A stretch of DNA of 63,782 nt, the filler included, from Collodictyon triciliatum (Eukaryota): assembly GCA_043381765.1 (NCBI GenBank). It is 8 parts of 8 records of this genome, joined end to end, with 100 filler letters (N's around TTAATTAATTAA, not from the genome) between each part and the next. Parts side by side here need not be neighbours in the genome. Positions count along the whole stretch, not along the records: positions 8,649 to 17,028 come from JBHJMP010003449.1; positions 17,129 to 25,505 come from JBHJMP010003450.1; positions 25,606 to 33,981 come from JBHJMP010003451.1; 5 more parts are not named here. One strand, 5' to 3'. Position numbers and translations under genes: made by a program. The notes beneath the pieces are model-generated. The model saw nothing but the letters and a program-made list of their open reading frames with translations, was not told the origin of the DNA and ran no database searches. Positions 13,419 to 25,788 of this stretch are shown in pieces (position 1 is the first letter of the stretch; every line of letters starts with the position of its first letter).

Positions 13419-15457
13419 TCAGGGGCTCAGCAGACAACCTTTCCGTCTTTCATCTTGGTGTATCGAACTACTGTAGAGTTGAGGTTGTGGTAGTGTTTGT
13501 TGTACAAAATCGCGTTTGTTGCCAAGGTTGACCAACTTTTCGAAAAACAAGATGTAAGTAAAATGATTTCATTTGAAAAAGGCTGCATACACGAGAGAAA
13601 ACTTACGGGTTTGTGTATAGTATATTCGCTTTTGAAATAATGTGCATATCTACTATCCCAGAGACGTACACTCCGGATAACTTTGCGTCGAAAGTTATTG
13701 TATTGAATTTCTTTTTGATAATCTATTGTGCCATTAACAAAAACACAATAAAAACCTCAATTATATTACTGCAGTGCAGTTTCAGGGTATATTAAGAAAT
13801 ACAGGAGACAGCATCTTAATCAATAGGGAATAAATAAAAGTGAAACCCCACATCATCTCCGGCCGGGTCACTCTTATCTGAGGCCAAAAATATTGAAGAT
13901 ATATTTTGATTTCTTAGCTAATAATTGAAAAAGTTGGTTATAGAGTTCTTGTCATTTATTCTCTTTGTATTGGTGGAAAATAAAAAAGAGACATCCCACG
14001 AGTGCTCTCGTAATTAAAAATTACATGGCTGGATATCTTATCGACAATATCTTGAATCGTCTGGTTACATTTTCCATCCAGCCTCCTATAGTGAATAGCT
14101 GCAAATGGACGCGGTAGCCTCTGTCTTATAAAGTCTTCAGCAATCTTAGATGAATTCGAAAAATCAATTAAAATATTACAAAAATATACTAAAAATGAAC
14201 ATAGCAATATAACTTTTAATTGCTTTTTTGTTTTACCTTTCGATAATCCTTTTTAACCACGACACTGGAGTAAAAATAGCGTATTTCTGATTCTTGGCAT
14301 CTCTTCTCACCGTATAGTCTCCAATGGAATATATGAGGCAAATCCACCTGTAAATTTTGAAGTTGTTACATAGCTGTTGACATTATTTTAAAAGAACATA
14401 TATCCCATCAGATTTAGACAAACACATGTGAACCCACCAATGCTACATCTGACATAATACTTTTATGAACTTCATTCATCGCTTTTTGATAGAGTCTTGA
14501 TTCTTATGAGGTAAATCTAGGTAAGTATAAAACTCGCACAAAAGCCTATTGAGGCATTATGCAGTGTTTCGAAAGATAGCATGCATTTTGCGTTTCTATC
14601 CATTAATTCTGATACGAAAAGTACTTAATGTAAATTTTTTGGGATAATGAGCGAAGGAATGGGTTTCCAGGTGTTTTTTCACCCCAACATCCTTAATGAA
14701 CTTGTCCCACTCTACCACAGGAACATTTCTCGACAGCAACCTTTTTTTGTCCATATACCTCGATAATGGAGGCGGGTGTCCTCTGTGTATGGGCAAATGA
14801 CCAGTTAAAAGAAAGCATCGGTTTTTTTATGATTATATATTTGCATGTTTACGAAAGAAAAGATAAACTCAGAGAGATAATGTGCTTACTCAATTTTGTT
14901 TCTTTTATGGTATTCCTCTATAAACCCAGCAAATACGACAATCCTGTCTGACTCTCTAGCAAGGCAGATGGCCATTTCAAGAGACATGAGTTGATTATTA
15001 AATTGACCTAATGCCCGATTGTATGTGATATATCGACGTCCGCTACGGCTTTTAGTTCCTTCTGTGATATATGGGACTATGGAAATCCCAGTTTTATTCT
15101 CTCTTTCGTCCAAAGACTGCTACATGATTATAATCTTAAGATCCCTGAGAATTCCGAAATAATGAGAATATTGATAGCAAGAATAAGAATAGGAATGATA
15201 TTGTAATACTACTTCAAGTGGGGACGTTGAGACGCTTCCGTTGGTTATGTTTTCTGGTGCGAACCCAATATGATAATTAAACTATGATAATTGCTTACAG
15301 ACTCTTCTTTATTTTTGGATACAAGGAAGAAAAAAAAGAAAAATATTAAATTATGAGAAGCAGAAGGCTCAGTACCTGTCTTTACTTGAGCGACGAACTC
15401 TGATTTAAGTATCACAATAAAAATGAAAAATATAGACCCTGTTTGCCTGGTCCACAT
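13419..15457 (-). CDS. GDP-fucose O-fucosyltransferase family protein, multi-exon
   Basis: Hydrophobic N-terminal exon MWTRQTGSIFFIFIVIL, then YITYNRALGQFNNQLMSLEMAICLA, FAAIHYRRLDG, IFLASD and DMHIISKANI, which match O-FucT family motifs. The start codon is inferred. Confidence 0.75.
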
Positions 15458-15817
15458 TCCAGATACCTCGGATTTACCTACGGAAAGAGTCCATTTGAAG
15501 ATAATAGATAAAGTGCATCGACATTGAAAGAGGCTGTGGGTGGTGGTTGTCTTCGCCGTCTGATACTCTATGGCAGCACAATGATTAGGCAAATGCTTTC
15601 AAAACTGTTTTTGTTTTTGTTTTTGTTTTTGTTTTTGTTTTTGTTTGTTTGTTAATTTTATCCCTCAGAGATTATGCCTGCTAACATGATAGGTTATAAG
15701 AGAAAGAGAGGAAAAGAAATATTTCGTTCGAGGCTCTAGGTAGTAACGTTGTATATTATTGATGTCGAAAGGAAGCGCAGAAGCATGGAATTGAGCCCGC
15801 CATGGTCACTCTTTCTT

Positions 15818-15875
<58 letters not shown>

Positions 15876-16768
15876 ATATGTGCAGTTCATGGAACGGTTT
15901 TTGAGGAAGAGCTTGAGGGAACTAACAACTACCAAGGCAGGACAACCGTGCATCTCCTGGCTTGTTTGGTGACTGCAGGCAGACGAGAAGGCCTAGCGAA
16001 TGAACAGGCGACAGCCACCCAATCCAGGCCGATATATGCTCCAGGAAGACATGTCATTTGCAGCGTCCGGTATCGCGGCCCACAGGAAATAACGCGTCGC
16101 TGCTGCAATCGGTCCAGACGCTGCATGCGGCTGCCAATGGGAGTTGGGATGAGACTTCTATTCTGCGTCAAATAATGCAGACGTTTGCCTGTTTCAGCTC
16201 CTTTCTGAATGAAATTGTAATAGGTTTGCTTTTTGAGAGCAAAATTTTTATGCTTTGAACTGTCGGAAAGCTCCGTTGCTCATGAACTGGATGAAGGACG
16301 TGGACAGCGCTATCGCTTTGAACGAAACACTGATGGCCGAGTACCACTCGCATCTAATAAAAGCATTAATAAACAAGAAGATCGTAAGCGAATAACAGTA
16401 TGATATGGGTTAACATTTTCAAGATTTGTGTGCAGAGCACATTACCGAGGAAACCGCCTTCGCCTCTAGGACAATAATGAGCTGTGGACAAGACAGTGGA
16501 AAACCCCGGATTGTGTGGTTGGAGATTTTGTGTCTTGGGTGTTTGGGAAAAAAGAAAAAGTAAATAGAAAGGAGAGAAAGTGTTCTCACACGCAAACTAT
16601 ACTACCCGAAGTGGTTCAACTCCAACGCGATTTCTGGTTGTGTTCGAGACTGACAGAAGAGCGGATAGAGTTGTCGGGTCGATGAAAGTACGCACATGGC
16701 AGTCACTTCTCAAATCGATTCGACGAATCCTTTCAACCGTCTATCTCAGACGAGATTTACATCCTATT

Positions 16769-17028
16769 TCATTCCACAGGATGAGTCTTTTGAGGGGACA
16801 ACGGGTCACTTTCCTTGCGTTTCTTGCTGGGCGACTCAGACAAATAGAGATACATCGTCGTTTGTCTGGTATTATCAGAATTGGCGCTTGACCGTCCCCT
16901 GGTTTCGGAACCATGCGTAGCTGGCAGTGGACTTTGCTTAACCGGAGTATGGATACGCGTTTGTGGTTTTAGAAACATACGCTCCTGCTTGCTCGGACTG
17001 TCTTTAGTGTGTGGAGTTCCAAGCTTGG
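16769..17028 (-). CDS. Possible terminal exon of an unknown Ser/Pro/Lys-rich protein; the rest lies across the gap
   Basis: Open frame from the gap edge (KLGTPHTKDSPSKQ...SPSKKRKESDPLSPQKTHPVE*) with elevated GC. No recognisable domain. Confidence 0.35.
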
Positions 17029-17373
17029 NNNNNNNNNNNNNNNNNNNNNNNNNNNNNNNNNNNNNNNNNNNNTTAATTAATTAANNNNNNNNNNNNNNNN
17101 NNNNNNNNNNNNNNNNNNNNNNNNNNNNAAAAAACAAAAAAACAAAAAAAACAAAAAACAAAAAAAACAAAAAAACAAAAAAACAAAAAAACAAAAACAA
17201 AAAAACAAAAAAACAAAAAAAACAAAAAAAAACAAAAAAACAAAAAAACAAAAAAACAAAACAACAATAATAATATTCGCACACGAGAGGCTCTCATCCG
17301 TGGCTGTGGTATAAGCTCAAAAGTAACCAATTGTTTTGCGTTGAAGGCCCAGACAGCCATAATTATTAAGCCG

Positions 17374-19259
17374 ATGCAACGGAGGACGTCGCCCCCGCGA
17401 AGAAAGAAGGCCGTCCAGGCGAAGGAATATGCTTTCGATTACAGTCCTTCCCAAACAGAAAACCAAAGCGCAGCCCCCAATCGCCCAAAAAGTTCATATG
17501 GATTCGGCTCTCACTACACACCAACCCCAACCCCAACCCCAAACCCGAACCCATGGAGTGATTCTTCTTCCCCAACAAAAACTCAAGGATTTGGATATGT
17601 ATCAAACACAAAGTATGATACTGCTTCATATGCATTATTATTTTTCCTCTTTGAAAATATATATATTTATGTAAATTCGTCAATATGGTGTCTCCGCTTC
17701 TTCTTGCACAATCCCTCAATTTTATTATATTAACCATATTGCATGTGCGCCCGCCTTGACTATCGTCTTTGAATCTTCTTTTACATTTATGACTATATTT
17801 AATGCAATTTTGATGGCAGACTTTCAGATTCGTCACGAAAGACCCATGTAAATGGTTTATCAATTGAAATGTAAAATACCTTTGATCTTCTTACTAAGAA
17901 TATCCAAAACCTAAATGTTCTGGACACCATTTTTTTTTTTTATAAATACTCATCATAATGCTCTCTGTCTGGGTATTTTTGGTTCTTTGGTATTAAGTTC
18001 TTCCTGGATGCAAACTTTGCGGTGGGTTTTTATAGGACTTGTTGACAAAGATTACCAAGAGTGGGTTTAGAAATCATGACGATTTTGAGAGAACTCAATC
18101 AAGAATTGGACTAAGTAAGATTACCTGGAGTATCCCATTATACAAATCTAATGATTAAAACATACCATAGAATCACAACTTACGACTTTTATGAATTGTT
18201 CCTGATCTATAGTTTACTTTTGCACCATGCCCTTAGAGTGTTTCAATTTTCAAGCACTTGCTTATATGACATTTAGAGACACATTCAGACCCTAGTATCC
18301 GTCGTCCGGTGTCTGCTCCAAAGTCAACGGGACGAGTGGAACGCAATCCATACCAGTCATATTCTCCTCAACGAGAACATGTGAATTATGAAATGGATAC
18401 TATGCGCGTATCAACCAAGGACAGCAGACTATTTTCAACTCGAGTTCCTTCTCATGGCCGATCACCAGAGGATAAATTACACCCACACAATATCTTTTCT
18501 GTAGGAAAAGCAGATGTCCAAGAGATAAGCGATGACGAAATGGATAGAATCCGACAGGTTTTTTCTTTAAATAATTATTGTGTCCAGAGCGACCTATACA
18601 TCTATGAGTTGTTCCTTTTCAATTAGTTTATATTAATTAGCGCAAAATGATTATTTTGTGCATAAAAGAGAGAAAGGAGGCTCCGAGAACAAGTTAAACT
18701 TCAGCAAGAACAATTAATCGACCTTGGTCAGGAAGAAATAATGAACTTTGACTCGGTGATTAGAGGGCAGCTAAATGAGAAACTTTTTGAACTGCAGCAA
18801 CAGAAAGTACAATTTCCTTTATTCTTTATTTTCATTCTTTGTTGATTATATATACTATCTTTTTTAATTTGTTTGGTGTTACTTAATTTTTTTTAAAAGG
18901 ACCAAAAACTTCGAATATGTATCGAGTTTCAAAAAGACATCAAGAAAAAAATCGAGGAACTTGAGTTCATGCTCAAAGAAGCTGATTGGAAAGCAAGTTA
19001 GTTAAACCTTCTTATTATAATAATCTACAGGGCTTTGTTAGTCATTTCGGCCGATTCTATTTTCACTAATGTTCTCAATCTTTTGGTTGTAACTGTTGTT
19101 TGTAACATCACAGACGAGATTGAGGGGCAATACACGGACTCTGCTGAGACACTCATGCGCGAGTATGAAAGAACACTTCAAGCAAAAAAGGAACGTGTAG
19201 CTGAAGTTCTTGATAGGCAGCTGAAAGACTTGGAAGACCTATTCACAGAATTCAAATGA
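17374..19259 (+). CDS. Hypothetical protein with a low-complexity N-terminus and coiled-coil C-terminus, multi-exon
   Basis: MQRRTSPPRRKK..., GT-AG-bounded exons, and an E/K/L/Q-rich end DEIEGQYTDSAETLMREYERTLQAKKERVAEVLDRQLKDLEDLFTEFK*. Confidence 0.6.
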
Positions 19260-19581
19260 GGGAGAAGTGAGGAACAAATGGAAGTAACAAACAAAATGTG
19301 TATGGACAGGACATGACGATATTCGGATTTTTTCTTTCCTTTCTTCATCCTCAACTGAAAAAAAAAGGCTATAAAGGAGAAAGGCATGAATAAATTCTCA
19401 TTCACTTAATCATTAAAACTCTGTCATAAAGTAAAAACGATTCATTAATTATTTTTTTTTTTTTTGGCCTAGACACTTGGTTATGCTTCTTCTATTTAAA
19501 GCACAAATCACCTTTCCTCCTTTTCAAAGTGTCTCCTATTTCCTTTCTCATAGCATTCTAGTCTCCTGTTACAAAAAAAAA

Positions 19582-20375
19582 ATGCCGTAAAGGGGCGGGA
19601 TGGGAGCGCATGGTAGAGAGCAAACGCGAGTAAGAGAAGACACTACCGTGGAGAGGGTAGCACTGGAAAGAAATCAGTGATAGCGAGTTGGTCAGGCGGG
19701 CGACCCAACTGGTTGATTGGATGTGTGGGTAGCAGTGGATGAATATGCTGTGGGATATGTCGCACGACACATTCCCACATCTCCCTTCGCTTGCGGTCAG
19801 AGTAGCGAAGAATGCGGGCGTGTTTCAGCAGGCTGTCCAAGAAGCTGTATTGCACGAGACTCTCAAGCCTGGATACATTCATTTCTCGTTCGGGTGAATC
19901 ATTAGAACGAGAGAATGCACGCACACTTCATAAGGACCACAGCATATGTCCCCTTGTGACTGTCCAGAGTATTCTGGAGTCGTGGGTCATTTGGTATTGT
20001 GGGCCAAACAGGATGTCAGACGTGCTGAGTCGGTTGGGAGCATAATCAAGCTCAGAGAGCATCTTGTGGGTAGATTGTGTCACTTTTTGAGCCAGAGAGC
20101 ACTTCACAAATGTGTGTTCGATCGAGTCATCTCCACTATGGCATATGGTGCATTCTGGGGAGGTCGTTGCTGCATGGACTACGCGCGCACCTATTCACAG
20201 CTCTCTGTTGGAGACATTGAGCAGTAGGGCGCGGTGTTTCAGGAGTAGCTGAGATATACGGGCTTGCTTCCAGCTTTTGACTATCGGCGGGTCTATAATG
20301 CCTATGATTTCAGCCCGTTGACTCAATGTTCGGTAATGCGATATTACATCATGTGTCATGGCTTCATTCCTCGTT
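19582..20375 (+). pseudogene. Degenerate multicopy ORF / interspersed repeat
   Basis: GC-richer block with a protein-like frame broken by five stops and 5' indels. Its first ~70 bp recur at 42389-42459. Confidence 0.5.
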
Positions 20376-20432
20376 TGTTTTTGTCTCAGATTTTTTTGTT
20401 TGTTTGTTTATTCTTCCAACTATCAAGGGAGA

Positions 20433-23400
20433 CTATAATTTTGCCCCTTGTTGAAGTCGAGCTTTGATATTCTGAGCGACCGAGTGAGCAATTGAGTATG
20501 TTGTTATCATGGGGTTCACGCCCGAGGATGTCGGAAATGTGCTTGCGTCGGCAACATATAGGTTGCGGATGTCCCATGACTCTCCAGTCTCCTTTAGGAC
20601 GGATGTTTCCTTCTTGCCTCCCATGCGACATGTGCCCATTTGATGAGCAGAAAAGAGAGGATAGGCAGAAGTCTGTTTCATATCATGTGATATTGTATGA
20701 ATAAATAAATGTTCGTTTCTTTTCTTTTAAATAAAAACACTTCATTTGTTTTCTATTTGAAACTTAGTTTCAAAGGATTTGGAAACATGGTGAATATTCA
20801 GATTGATACGGATTTTAGGATTAACAATGAATGCAAAAAACACGAGTCTTTCCCAAAGTTTGGGGTGCATAATTACCCGGTATGGAATCTGCCTCACTTT
20901 ACGGAGGAATGCAAGGAGCTCGGGATGATTGGGGTCCCTATTTGCAGGCTTGAAACTCGGGAATGTAGAGTGAACAGTAGCAATCGTTCTAGTGGAAAAG
21001 GAAAAAAGAAGGGCAAAAACAACACTTAATGCTTGGTATATTAATTTATTCGTTTTTACATAAAAAAATTCGCCATATTTTCATTCGGTTTCAAATGTTA
21101 AATAAGTCCCTACTCTGCTCCAGATGCCACCAATGCCTTGAGTCCACCTTCCATTCCTTCTTGAAGCGATTCAAAGTCATAATTTGATATGTTGTAAGAG
21201 ATTCGAACTCGGCCATCTGCGTCAATCGAAACCTGTGTGTTTTACGGAACACACCAAAGGATAAATTTTAATAGGATACTACACGCCCATGTGAACAAGG
21301 GCTATCTAAACGAGGGTATTAGGATAATGGCGATAATACGCACGGATCCGGAATCACGGTCTCGAACAAGGACAATGAAAACAACTAGATTTCGGTAGCG
21401 AAGCATGGCGGTTCGAGCGTCTTCTGCTGATGTCCACGGAACCACAGCAGAGACAATACCAGGGTGAGCTGGAGGGGTCTCAATAAGGCATCCATAGTTG
21501 GAGTCTTTCCTGCACATTCCATACATTGAAATAAAAAGAATAGCTTTATACTAACAATTCAATCGGCGTAATGTCATCGGGATGCGAAGTTGTTTGATTA
21601 GTTTGTCGAAGGGTTCAATGAAGTGAATCATCTGAACCCATGCAAAATCATTTTCAGTGATGGGGGGTTACCTTTTCTCGAATTCTTTGCAAACAATGCT
21701 CATCATGCATCCATCCCACGGCGAGGTCTTTTCAGGAACAAACCCGACAACCATAGAGACGGGATGAAGCCGCAGATTCTTACCAATATTGGGATTGGCT
21801 ATTTGGCTTCGCAGCAATATAGCGGGGGAATGAATCGAACCAGCACTTATGACAACAATCTTGCTTTTGATTTGGAATTGCGCACCCTGCTTTGTTATCG
21901 CCAGAACCCCGACAGCTTGATTGTTTTCTTTGTTTTTTTTCCAGATATTCGTTTTAATGGAACAGAAAGCAGGTAAAACGATGACAGGAATTGAAAAAAG
22001 AATTATGTTTGTATAATCCTTCATTATTTGGTCGATTGCAAGTACAAAATTCAGACGATTATATTAGACTTACCATATAAAACTCTGTCAACAAAAACCT
22101 CGACCATAAAGTGGGTACCAGCACTGGCAGCATCAGCGAGAAAGGTTTGTACACTACCCTGTTTCTCTCCAGACTTACAGCCAAATGTGCAGTACCTAAA
22201 TTTTAACCGTCGATATGATGACGAAAAGGTATCGTTATTAGTATGCATATAAGAATCAAAATGATTGAATGCCCATTATTGTAAATATCAAGGGCACATA
22301 CCCGCACGAATGAGCGCCAGGAGCGTTTCTTGGAATGACTTTATAACTGTACTTGAGGGCATCACAACCCACCTTGAGATAGGAATTGTTTGTACTGTGT
22401 ACTGTTTCCGTATCGTGCACACCTAGTTATGATAAAACTTAACATAAAGATTAAAAATAGAGAGAAAGTCACTTGTCTAACTATTTGATGACTGGTATAT
22501 ATATCAGGTCTGTGTATTTTCTTTATTATTCTTTTTAGTAAATCAGCAATTTCTCTGATTGCATGAAAGTGAAATAGACAAGCGGGTCACACCCAGACAA
22601 ACCCATTCTCCTTTGTACAAATTCGATGGACTCTTGGAAATTGGGAGACGAAAAGTATTTGCATCCATGCTCTTCAGCCCATTCATCAGTAACATGCTTT
22701 GGCGTTCTCAACGACGCACTCCAATTGATCTAGTGAAAATCGGTGATTTCATTATTTTCTTTCTTGGAGGCGCGTTGATTTTAAATAATGAAGATTTTTA
22801 TCGTACGGTTTCTTTTCACTTCGAATGCGCGCATTAATTAATTTTTTTTAAATAAAAAAACATGTTTAGTATAATTTTTCTGTCTATGATTGATATAAGT
22901 TCAATATCGAAATATGCATTAAAGAATATCTGCATCTCCTTTCTTTTTTTCTCGTGCAATTACCGTAGAACCACCGCCAAACGTAGAGCCAGCAAGGATG
23001 GCGATGCTGGATTCTTCACTTGTGAGTAATCCACCGTTCTCAAACATCTCTCCCATGGATTTGTGTTCTAGAAGGGACATATCCTCTCGCTTCACATAGG
23101 TGGACTTTTCGAGTACAAGTACCTGAATTTTATTTAAAAAATTTTTTACATCTTTGGGCAGTTAAAGGAGGGAAACTATTGTCCGAAGAGATAGTTAATT
23201 TTTTTTGAGAACCTTCGCTTTCCGTTACAGAAATAAATCGACATGTGATTAGTGTGAATGAAATAAAAGGATAATGGATTTGTTATAATCATCTAGACCC
23301 TGTGTCCATGGTACTTACTCTGTGCCCTGCTTTGGCGAGCTCACTGGCAACAACGCCACCTCCACAACCAGACCCAACAATGACAACATCGTATTGCAGA

Positions 23401-24606
23401 GTCTGCCCAGGACGTGGGGGATGAATAAAGCTGTAATCGTATGTTGGTATCTCAAACGTCTTTGCTCGTGACAAGGCTGGCTCTGGCCCAGGATACCCAA
23501 TAACATCCCAGTTAGGATTGCGAGATGTTTCATCCACTGGAATACGGAAATGAGATGTAAAATCAGTCGAGATAAAAAATAGTTGTATGTACATGAAAAA
23601 AAAGGGTATTCAAGGTGCCCTCTCTATCTTGTTATATGGAATATGCTCCTGATATTACTTTTTACCCAATGCAAAAAAGAGCTGGCCGATGACCTGCTTG
23701 AAAGCGTAGAAAGCGGCCCGCTTCACAGGGAGGATGCTGGTTGACCAAACTTGAAGTATCTTTTCACGGGTCTATGTCCACATATTTAAGAATATGACTT
23801 AAGGAGCAAATAAATATGTAAAAAAGGTAGACATAAATATATGCATATCAGGTCTAGCCTAGAAATATAGAAAAGCGCCCCATGTTTTCTAAACTGCATG
23901 CGCTGCTTGATGCTGTGTATTATATATATAGCAGTTCTTTTTGTTTCTTTCGTTCTCTATTCCAGTATGATGGGCATAGCTAAATAGGAAAAAAAAAGTA
24001 TCAACTGACCTGAAAAGGGAGGGCAGAGAATGGGCCCACATAACCGGTGAGTGCTAATGTCCCTGGTTTTGTTGACAAAACCCACAGGAGTTGCCTGTTT
24101 CACATATTTTTGATGTTGAGATGCCAGAATTAAATACAAGGGCATGATGCAGAACAAATTAAAGAACACTACTTTCCTCACATCATGCTATTGAATAAGA
24201 CAATAGTTCTGTAGAATAAATAAGAAAAAAGAAAAAAGAAAAGAAAAGAAAAAAGAAAAGAAAAAAGAAAAGAAAAGAAAAGAAAAGAAAAGAAAAAGAA
24301 AAGAAAAAGAAAAAAGAAAAGAAAAAGAAAAGAAAAAAGGAAAAGAAAAAAGAAAAAAGAAAAAAGAAAAAAATGTGCCTACTTAAGCTGATTTGAAAGA
24401 TCCGTCGGGACCTTACTGATCTCCTGGGTGAACTGCTTGGCCACCCCGATTTCGACGGCGCTTCGAAGAAAGTACTGCTGGCGAAGCGGACAGGATTCTC
24501 TCGCAGCCAAGGCCGGAAGAGAAGGGAAGAACGTATCCACAATCGCACAGAGCTGCTCAAACTGGGCCGAAGAAAACCCTGCTGGAAGGAAAGTAGACGC
24601 CGACAT
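20433..24606 (-). CDS. Long-chain fatty alcohol oxidase (GMC oxidoreductase), multi-exon
   Basis: QLCAIVDTFFPSL, NPNWDVIGYPG, YDVVIVGSGCGGGVVASELAKAG, GSTFGGGST|VNWSASLRTP, CTFGCKSGEKQ, SAGSIHSPAILLRS..IGKNLRLHP, LFSAHQMGTCRMG and ADASTFPTSSGVNPMIT. Confidence 0.9.
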
Positions 24607-25435
24607 GAAACTCCGTCTCTACCGTCTGCCTGCCTGTCTTCCTCGCCCTGGACACAACTGTCTTGCGACTGCAGGTTTTCGAAATGGGTATCAAGTGAGG
24701 ACGGCATCGTTGCATTCACTGCTCAGGCCGTGGGCATAGAAGGCCGCTTTGACAGGAGTCGGATGCACGATAGTTGATATTGATATTTCTGGGAGGCAGC
24801 TTTATTCGCCCAGTGCTTCTTTCTGTTTGTATTCTGCTGCGTTTTTTTTCGTTGTGGAAAGCAAACCAATGCAGTTCTTACTCTGTGACAATATCACCAG
24901 CTTATCGAGTGTCAAAGAGAAGTATTCGAGAACTGGACGCTGTTTTTTTTTTATAGGGTGTGCGTTGCCGTCATTCCACGCAGAGAACCGCACTGGGACT
25001 TGCTTCGTTCCCAATGACGCATCACAGGAGACGATGCCGCACCACTGTGAATCATGGAGGATGCATTGAAAATATCCTGATATGGAATTAGATCTATCAT
25101 TTGCGGAAAATATGAATATAATTATCTTAGACATACATAGTATCAACGTACCAGTATTTATGTGGAATATTTTTATACAGGAAATGCAGGATAATGGCGA
25201 TGAGTCAACTGCGTGATATACACAATATATCGATGCACGGAAGTTGTGAGGTATTCTGGAATATAAAATCTATTTCTTCAGAGCTGACAAGGTAGTTTGC
25301 TGTAAGATCACCGCTTTGATTCGACTTGCGCGCAATCAGGAGTCCGAACAAGTGCACCCCACACGACTCTTAACCTTGGCCAAGTGCTGAACACAGCACG
25401 CCGTGAAGCCTATCATGGTAAGCCAGTATTCACTC

Positions 25436-25466
<31 letters not shown>

Positions 25467-25788
25467 AACCCAGGATAAAAAAGAACAAAAAAAAAAACAA
25501 AAAAANNNNNNNNNNNNNNNNNNNNNNNNNNNNNNNNNNNNNNNNNNNNTTAATTAATTAANNNNNNNNNNNNNNNNNNNNNNNNNNNNNNNNNNNNNNN
25601 NNNNNAAGAAAAAGAAAAAGAAAAAGAAAAAGAAAAAGAAAAAGAAAAAGAAAAAGAAAAAGAAAAAGAAAAAGAAAAGAAAAAGAAAAGAAAAAGAAAA
25701 GAAAAAGAAAAAGAAAAAGAAAAAGAAAAAGAAAAGAAAAAAAAGAAAGATTTATAATTTTAAATACTAAAAACGTAAAAGATACTGA

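Noticed and set aside
15873-16360. GC-richer block with several short overlapping ORFs
   Set aside because: No consistent frame, splice chain or motif could be found; it may be UTR or decayed sequence.
19682-20260. Alternative genetic code (stop-codon reassignment) suggested by in-frame stops
   Set aside because: All three stop types occur there, while long conserved CDSs in the window have no in-frame stops and end at standard stop codons.
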